Source of the DNA: the human T2T-CHM13v2.0 reference genome, Homo sapiens | Length of the DNA stretch: 64,000 nucleotides | Direction: 5' to 3' (one strand) | Assembly (NCBI RefSeq): GCF_009914755.1 | Contig: NC_060928.1 | Shown: piece after piece, positions 57,757 to 64,000 of the stretch | Position numbering within the stretch: position 1 is the first letter of the stretch | How the letters are laid out: every line of letters starts with the position of its first letter | Position numbers and translations under genes: made by a program | Notes under the pieces: model-generated | Database searches by the model: none | What the model was told of the DNA's origin: nothing | What the model saw: the letters and a program-made list of their open reading frames with translations, nothing else

Positions 57757-59362
57757 TTTTTTTCCCCAGCTTTATCGAGGTATAATTGACAAATAAAAAT
57801 GGCATATGTCCATAGTGTACAATGTGATGTGTATATATAAACACACACTTATATATATACACACACATATACATCATGAAATGATTACCACAAAAAAGGT
57901 CATTAATATATCCATCCCTTCACACAGTTATCTTTTTTTTTGTGATGAGAATATTTAAGATTTACTTTCTTAGTAGTTCTCAAGTATAAATACATCATTA
58001 TTAACTGTAGTTACCATGCTGTACAAAAGATCTCAAGAATTTATTCATCCTGTCTAAATGAAACTTTGCACCCTTTTACCTACATCTCCCCATCCCATCC
58101 CCCTCTCCCAGTGCCACACAATGAATGTTCTACCCTTGGCTGCTTGATTTTATGACTGTTACTAGCTTTATGAATTTCTATGCTTTTATGACCTTTGTAA
58201 ATATTCCACATATAAATGAGATCATACAAATTTTTTTCTGTGTCTGATTGTTTTACTTAGCATAATGTTCTTCAGGTTCATCATGTCTCAAATGGCAAGG
58301 TTTTATTTTTTTACTGAATCATATTCTATTATATATATTTATACACACATCCACTTACGTATGTATAAATATCTATATTTATAGTTTACCCTTGAAGAAC
58401 ATGGGTTTGAACTGCATGGGTCTACTTACACATGACTTTTTTTCTGCCTCTGCTACCCCTGAGACTATAAAACGAATCCTTCCTCTTCCTCCTCCTCAGC
58501 CTAGTCAATGAGAAGATGATGAGGATAAAGAGTTTTAGGATGATTCACTTCCACTTCCTGGATAGTAAATATATTTTATCTTTCTTATTGTTTTCTTAAC
58601 AAAATTTTCTTTTCTGTAGGTTAATTTATTGTAAGAATACAGTACATAATATATTTAAAGCATACAAAATATATGTTAATTTGCAATATATGTTATCAGT
58701 AAGGCTTCTGGTCAACAGTAGGTTATTAGTAGTTAAGGTTGTGGGGAGTCAAAAATTATATGTGGATTTTCAACTGCATGGAGGATTGAATCCCTTAACC
58801 CCTGTGTTGGTCAAGAATCAACCGTATACCACATTTTCTATATCCACTTATTCGTCTATGGACACAAGCTGCTTCCATATCTTGTCTATTGTGAATAATG
58901 TTGCAATGAATATGGGAATACAGATATCTCTTTGGCATGCAGATTTCTTTTCCTTTCAATATACACCCAGAAGTGGAATTGCTGGATCATATGTTAGTTC
59001 TGTTTTTATATTTTTGAGAAACCCCCATAGTGTTTCACATAATGGATGTACTAATTTACATTCCCGCCATCAGTTTGCAAGGGTGTCCTTTAATCCATAC
59101 CCTCATGAACAAGTGTTGAGCATTTTTGAAAACCTGTTGGCCATTTGTATATCTTCTTTTAAGGAATGTTTATGTAGGTCTTTTGCCAATTTTTTAATTG
59201 GATTTTTTTTTTGTTTTTCACTATTGAGTTGTTTGAGTGCCTTATATATTTTGGGTATTAACCCCTTAACAGGTGTGTGGTTTGCAAATATTTTCTTCCC
59301 TTCCATAGGTTGTCTTGTCACTCTGTTGATTCTTTCCTTTGCTGTGCAGAAGCCTTTTAGTT
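57757..59362 (-). mobile_element. L1MA8/9-like 3' portion, interrupted by Tigger2a
   Basis: AGCTTTATCGAGGTATAATTGACAAATAAAAA...; ORF 59103..59321 ([21 protein letters not shown]) is ORF2 C-terminal. Confidence 0.85.
58382..58824. mobile_element. Tigger2a-like non-autonomous element with TA TSD
   Basis: Terminal inverted repeats TAGTTTACCCTTGAAGAACATGGG / CCCTGTGTTGGTCAAGAATCAACCG, flanked by TA. Confidence 0.85.
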
Positions 59363-59454
59363 CATTAGTTCCCTTGCTGTAAGAAAGGTACCATTAAGAA
59401 AGAAATTATCTCCATAATTTATTAATAATGTGTTTTTGGGTTTTTTGAAGTGTT

Positions 59455-59870
59455 TTCTTTTTTAACTTTTATATTCAACTAATTTTAGACTTACAGAAAA
59501 GTTGCACAAATAGTACAGAGAGTTCTCATATACTTCTCACCCAGCCTCTCCTAAGATAAGCATTTTGCATTACCATTGTCCAATTATGACACATATCTCC
59601 ATATCCTCATGAACACTTGTAGTCTTTTGTCTTTTCAATAATTGCCATTCCAATGAAGAGTACTAATGATCCATTTAATTGAAGAGTACTAATGAGTTAC
59701 TCTGTAGAATGTCCCTTAGTTTTGGTTTGCCTGATGCTTTCTCATGACGAAAATAAAGTTATGCATTTTTTGGCAAGACCTTCACAATTAACACTGTTAC
59801 ATTACTATTAACTAAAGTACAGAACTGATGTTATTAGTATTTCTCCTGTTTTTTCCCCCACCTAATGAAC
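59455..59870 (-). mobile_element. Scrambled L1MC/L1MA fragments
   Basis: TTTAGACTTACAGAAAAGTTGCACAAATAGTACAGAG; TGTAGAATGTCCC...TTATGCATTTTTTGGCAAGA; ACTATTAACTAAAGTACAGA. Confidence 0.65.
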
Positions 59871-59876
59871 TTTTTA

Positions 59877-59941
59877 TCATGCCACTGCACTTTAGCCTGG
59901 GTGACAGAGTGAGACTCCGTCTCATAAATAAATAAATAAAT
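59877..59941 (+). mobile_element. Alu 3'-terminal fragment with (TAAA)n tail
   Basis: ATCATGCCACTGCACTTTAGCCTGGGTGACAGAGTGAGACTCCGTCTCA. Confidence 0.9.
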
Positions 59942-60094
59942 AGTTTGTTCAGTTTTTTTCTTTAGGAACAAACTAACTTAACCAGTTAGGAAATATAAAA
60001 TGTGTCTTAGAATTACAAGTCAATTTCATTGATGTCACCAATTACAAGTCAAATGTCACTAATTTCTCTTCCCAGACAAAAATACCTAAATGAA

Positions 60095-60425
60095 GAGGTA
60101 GCATGGAGTAACGATTAAGAGTGACTCTGGAGTAGAAATGTCTTAGCTACAAGCTCAACTCTTCTGCTTATGGCTAGGTAATGCTGGGCACATTAATGAA
60201 ATACATCAAACCTGTTTCTTCAATTGTAAACGTGGATTTAATCGTGCTAATGGTGTCAAAAAGCTGTGATAATGCGTAGCATCTGTAGGCAGACTGGGCA
60301 ACTCTACACTGACCAGCTGTGTAAATTTGAGCGAGACTGTCTCAGACTCTTCATCAGCAAAATACAAATTTTGTGTTTCGTATTTGCATCCGTCTTATAG
60401 GAATGATTAAATGAGATAATGGAGG
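60095..60425 (+). mobile_element. Two MIR fragments
   Basis: TTAAGAGTGACTCTGGAG...CTGTTTCTTCAATTGTAAA; CCAGCTGTGTAAATTTGAGC...GATTAAATGAGATAAT. Confidence 0.6.
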
Positions 60426-60427
60426 TA

Positions 60428-60600
60428 AATCAGCGCAGGTGTTGGCGAGGCTACATTCCTTTTAGAGGCTTCAGAGAAAAATCTATTTCCTTGTGTTTTC
60501 CATCTACTAGAGCTGCCTAAGTTCCTTGGCTCCTGGCTTCTTTCTCCTTCTTCGAAGCACATCACTCCAGCCTGTTTCTGTCATTGCATTTCTCCTTTTC
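60428..60600 (-). mobile_element. MLT1C/D-like LTR fragment
   Basis: AGGTGTTGGCGAGGCTACATTCC...TTCCTTGGCTC...CATCACTCCA. Confidence 0.65.
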
Positions 60601-61101
60601 TTCCTAGGTTTTTACCCACTATGTTTTTTCTCGGGCTGTGAGAATTTCATGCAGCAGATTGTTCAGATGTCCTGTTGTAGCTCAGCGCTAAGATCTTTTC
60701 CTCATTTTACCCAGGTATTTTCATTTAATACTAAGACAACAGGGAAATAAAGGTGATAGAGACTACAGAACACACAAAAATAAATAAGATACTAGAGTGT
60801 TCATTTGTTCGAAGAGTGGAGATATAAGGCTAGAAGAGGAAAAATGATCTGAACTTTAAGTTCAGAAAGGTCTTGGTAAGTGTATTTCACTTCTGAAAAA
60901 TTTTACAAGAAAATAGTCCAAATTAATAATGATTAGTTTAATTACTTTTCTTTCTTTTGTGGTTAAATGAATTATTGAAAATAAATAAAATAAGATCTTG
61001 CTGAGGAAATAACGCTGTGGTTGTTCAACATTCGAGTTTTGGTACAAATAATGCACAAATGGGAAAAAGCAATTCATAAAATTAAAATTTGGAATCCATA
61101 A

Positions 61102-61700
61102 ATATTAGGGTGCTGCAGAGAAACAGAAGCAACAGAATGTGTGTCTGTGGGTGTGTAGAGAGAGAGAGAGACATAGGGAGAGATCTACTACAAGGAATTG
61201 GTTCATGCATTTATGGAGGCTGAAGTCCCATAATCTGTAGCCAGCAAGCCAGAGATCAAGGAAAGTGAATGGTGTAGTTTCAGTCCAAGTTCAAAGGCCT
61301 GAGAACCAAGAGAAATAATGGTGCAAGTTCCAGTCTGAGTCTAAATGCCTAAATACCATAAGAGCTGAAAGTATCAGTTCCAGTTCAAAAGCTGACTGAC
61401 TTCTGACCAAGGAAGAACCAATGTTTTGGTCTGAGTCCAAAGGCAAGAAAGATCAGTTTCCCAGCTCTATCAGTCAGGCAGGAGGAGATATCTCTTACCC
61501 GGTCTTTTTGTTCTATTCAGTTCTTTGGTTGATTAGATGAGGCCCACCCACATTACACAGGGCAATCTGCTTTTCTCAGTTTACCAATTAAACTGTTAAT
61601 CTCATCCAGAAGCATCCCCACATAGAAACCAGAATAATGTTTGACCAAATGTCTTGGCACCCAGTGACCCTGTGGTTGACACATAAAGTTACCCCTCACA
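61102..61700 (-). mobile_element. MLT2B-like (ERVL) LTR
   Basis: TATTAGGG..CAGAGAAACAGAA...AAGGAATTGGTTCATG...GATGAGGCCCACCCACATT...TTGACACATAAAGTTACCCCTCACA. Confidence 0.85.
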
Positions 61701-62477
61701 TCACAAAACACTGAAAGTTGTTTCTCCTTTTCTCAGATCCCTGTCACTAATAGGTAACCTTGATCAATAATATAAAAATTTAAAAATATGTCATCTGAAT
61801 TTTAAAAGAAATGGTTCAGCCTCAAGCAACAAAGCATAGATTTTTAAATACCCTTAAAATCTAAAATTTCTGAACACAGCAGAAACGTTTTCTAAAATTG
61901 AGTTTTATTCTTCCTGGCAGTAATTAACATTCTCTGAAAGTAATTTCAGAATTGTTTTTGTGGATAATGCATGCCTTTTTGACATTAATATGTCAATATT
62001 TAGTTTAAAACTTAATCCCCTTAAGTATAATTTAAATGTCAGGGAATAATAAATTGATTACTTACAAATGCAGTGAACTATTGATGTTCTTACAAGGCTT
62101 TCATAATAGGATATAGGTGGAGAGTGAATCCTTTATATATATTATTAAATATAACATTTTATTTTAGAGTATTATAATAAAAGGTATTATCTATACATAT
62201 TATAAGTTAGCTTTGTGTGCATTTATAAGTGAAATAAGAGAAAACCTCTTATAATATGTACAAACTCAAAGCTATTAAAATATCCATTTGCCCAAGTCAA
62301 GACTTTCTGCTGTGTGCATAATAATATAAAGACAAGAGGTCTACTAAAAATCATTTTTAACCTTTTTCTTAACTGTACTTTACAAGTTTATACTTCAAAA
62401 ATAGTAGGATATAGGGAATGTTTAACAGCAAATGAAAAAAAATGATGAATACCAGAGAACTGAACTATTGTTAACTA

Positions 62478-62822
62478 ATTCATTCAATAATATATTCATT
62501 GATCAACTAGTACGTGGTAGGCACTGTACTAGGTGATGTGGATGTATCAGTGACCCAAAACAGAAAGTCTCTGCTCTCTTGGAGTTTACAATCTAGTGGG
62601 AAAGACTGACATAGCCAACTAACTAACTGAATAAATGTATAACGCTGTATGCTAGAAGGTGGCAAGAGCTATAGGAAAAAAATGAGGTAGAAAAGGAGGA
62701 TACAGATTGCTTCGGGTGAGGTGAGTGGAAGTCATTAAGAAGATAACATTTGAACTAAGGTTCAAAGAATCTAGGAGACTCATAGAAGACATTTAGGGAA
62801 AGAATGTGTCAGGTGGAAGAAA
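62478..62822 (-). mobile_element. L2a 3' portion
   Basis: TTCATTCAATAA...GGCACTGTACTAGG...GGAGTTTACAATCTAGTGGG...AACATTTGAACTAAG. Confidence 0.75.
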
Positions 62823-62919
62823 CCCCAAAGGAACCCCACTTAACAAAGAGCCTCATCTGTCGCAAACTACATAAACCTTTCCCCTGCTCCATTTACCCAA
62901 ATGACATGAGATTTGTCAT

Positions 62920-63060
62920 TTTTAAGATTGTATACTGTCTGTCTCCTCAACTCTAATGTAAGCTTAATGGAGACAAAATTTGTATCATTTTTATTCACAG
63001 TTGACTATCTGGTGTCTAGAACAGTGTGTAGCATATATTAAGCATTCAGCAAATTATTGT
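62920..63060 (+). mobile_element. L2 3' end
   Basis: TGTCTGTCTCC...AATGTAAGCT...TCTAGAACAGTG...CATTCAGCAAATTATTG. Confidence 0.65.
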
Positions 63061-63074
63061 TTTTAAAAAGTTAC

Positions 63075-63530
63075 TTCAGCTATCAGTTAACAATTGCTCA
63101 TAACCACAAAGCCTCAGTAAAAAGCAAAAAGAAGTGTTATTCCCACAAATTTGCAGATCAGCTAGGACTACTTGGTTGTAAGCTCTGCTGGCTGGGGTGG
63201 TTTCACGGTGCTTCACAGGGCAGACTGGCCAAGTGGCTCTACCCTGTGTATGTTTCATCTTCTCTCAGCCACTGGACAAGCTGTAGCCCATTCTTTTCAT
63301 GGCAGTGGCGGAGGCTCAAAAGGACATGACAACCTACAAGCATATATCAACTGCCTGTTCCTATCACGTATGCTAAGATCCCACTTAGTAAAACAAATCA
63401 TGCAGATAAGCCCAAGTCAAGCGACAAAATATCCACTTCAACAGTTGTGTGAAGAACTACAAAATCATATAGCAGAGTATAGATGCAGGGAAGGGGGAAG
63501 GATTGGCACCAGCAATTCAATCCACCCTAC
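63075..63530 (-). mobile_element. MLT1H/I-like LTR
   Basis: TTTCATGGCAGTGGCGGAGGCTCAA...GAAGAACTACAAAATCATATAGCAGAG...AGATGCAGGGAAGGGG. Confidence 0.7.
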
Positions 63531-64000
63531 GTGCCCTTGTTTCTTCTCTTTTAATTCAGATGGAAAGTTGACCATAATCAGAATTGGCTACGAAAAAGAA
63601 GATTCTGCACGTTTATGCCTCAGGGAGTCATGACAAGGCCTTGCTGAAATAACCAATGCAGGGTAGATGGCTTTTATCAAGTGTTTTTCATTTCTTAACT
63701 TCTGAGCAAATGTAAGCATTCTTATTATTGCCTAAATCAGAAGATTTATGCAAAATCTATGTTCTTGAAACAGTGTAAGCCACTGTCAATTAAGTGTTTA
63801 CTTTTTGCAGCACATAAAGTAGTACAGGATTTTTGTCTTCATTTTTATTTTCCTGCTTTCTTCTAGTTAGAGGAAATCACAGACAAACCTGCTCTCGTTC
63901 TCAATAGGAACAGGGTCTGATAAATGTTTACAGAATCCTACTAAACATCAAACCAAAACAAGGTAGAAGACAATGAATTATAGGGAAATATTCATTTAAA

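Noticed and set aside
58681-59382. 233-aa plus-strand ORF
   Set aside because: Chance frame running from a Tigger2a into the antisense strand of an L1MA; starts at TTG with no recognisable domain.

Overview
This is AT-rich, repeat-dense mammalian DNA, almost certainly human because it contains an AluYb8 with the diagnostic 7-bp duplication. It looks intergenic or deep-intronic: I recognise no host protein-coding exon, RNA gene or CRISPR array, and every long ORF derives from a transposon. Main elements are a full-length, inactivated L1PA3-like LINE-1 (754-6787), a very young AluYb8 with a 17-bp target-site duplication (TSD), solo LTRs of two HERV-K groups (LTR5A, MER9), a near-complete Tigger1, and a two-LTR THE1D provirus whose 5' LTR is interrupted by an ERV1 LTR. 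ERVL pol fossils and many older L1M, L2, MIR, MLT and MER fragments fill the rest. I found no support for a novel biological system. The best leads are mechanistic scars: an apparent L1 3' transduction of a MER3-like fragment, a ~160-bp twin-primed inverted L1, several template-switch duplications or palindromes, and a scrambled L1 patchwork near 59.1-59.9 kb. Subfamily names come from recalled consensus sequences, not a database search, and boundaries of old repeats are approximate.
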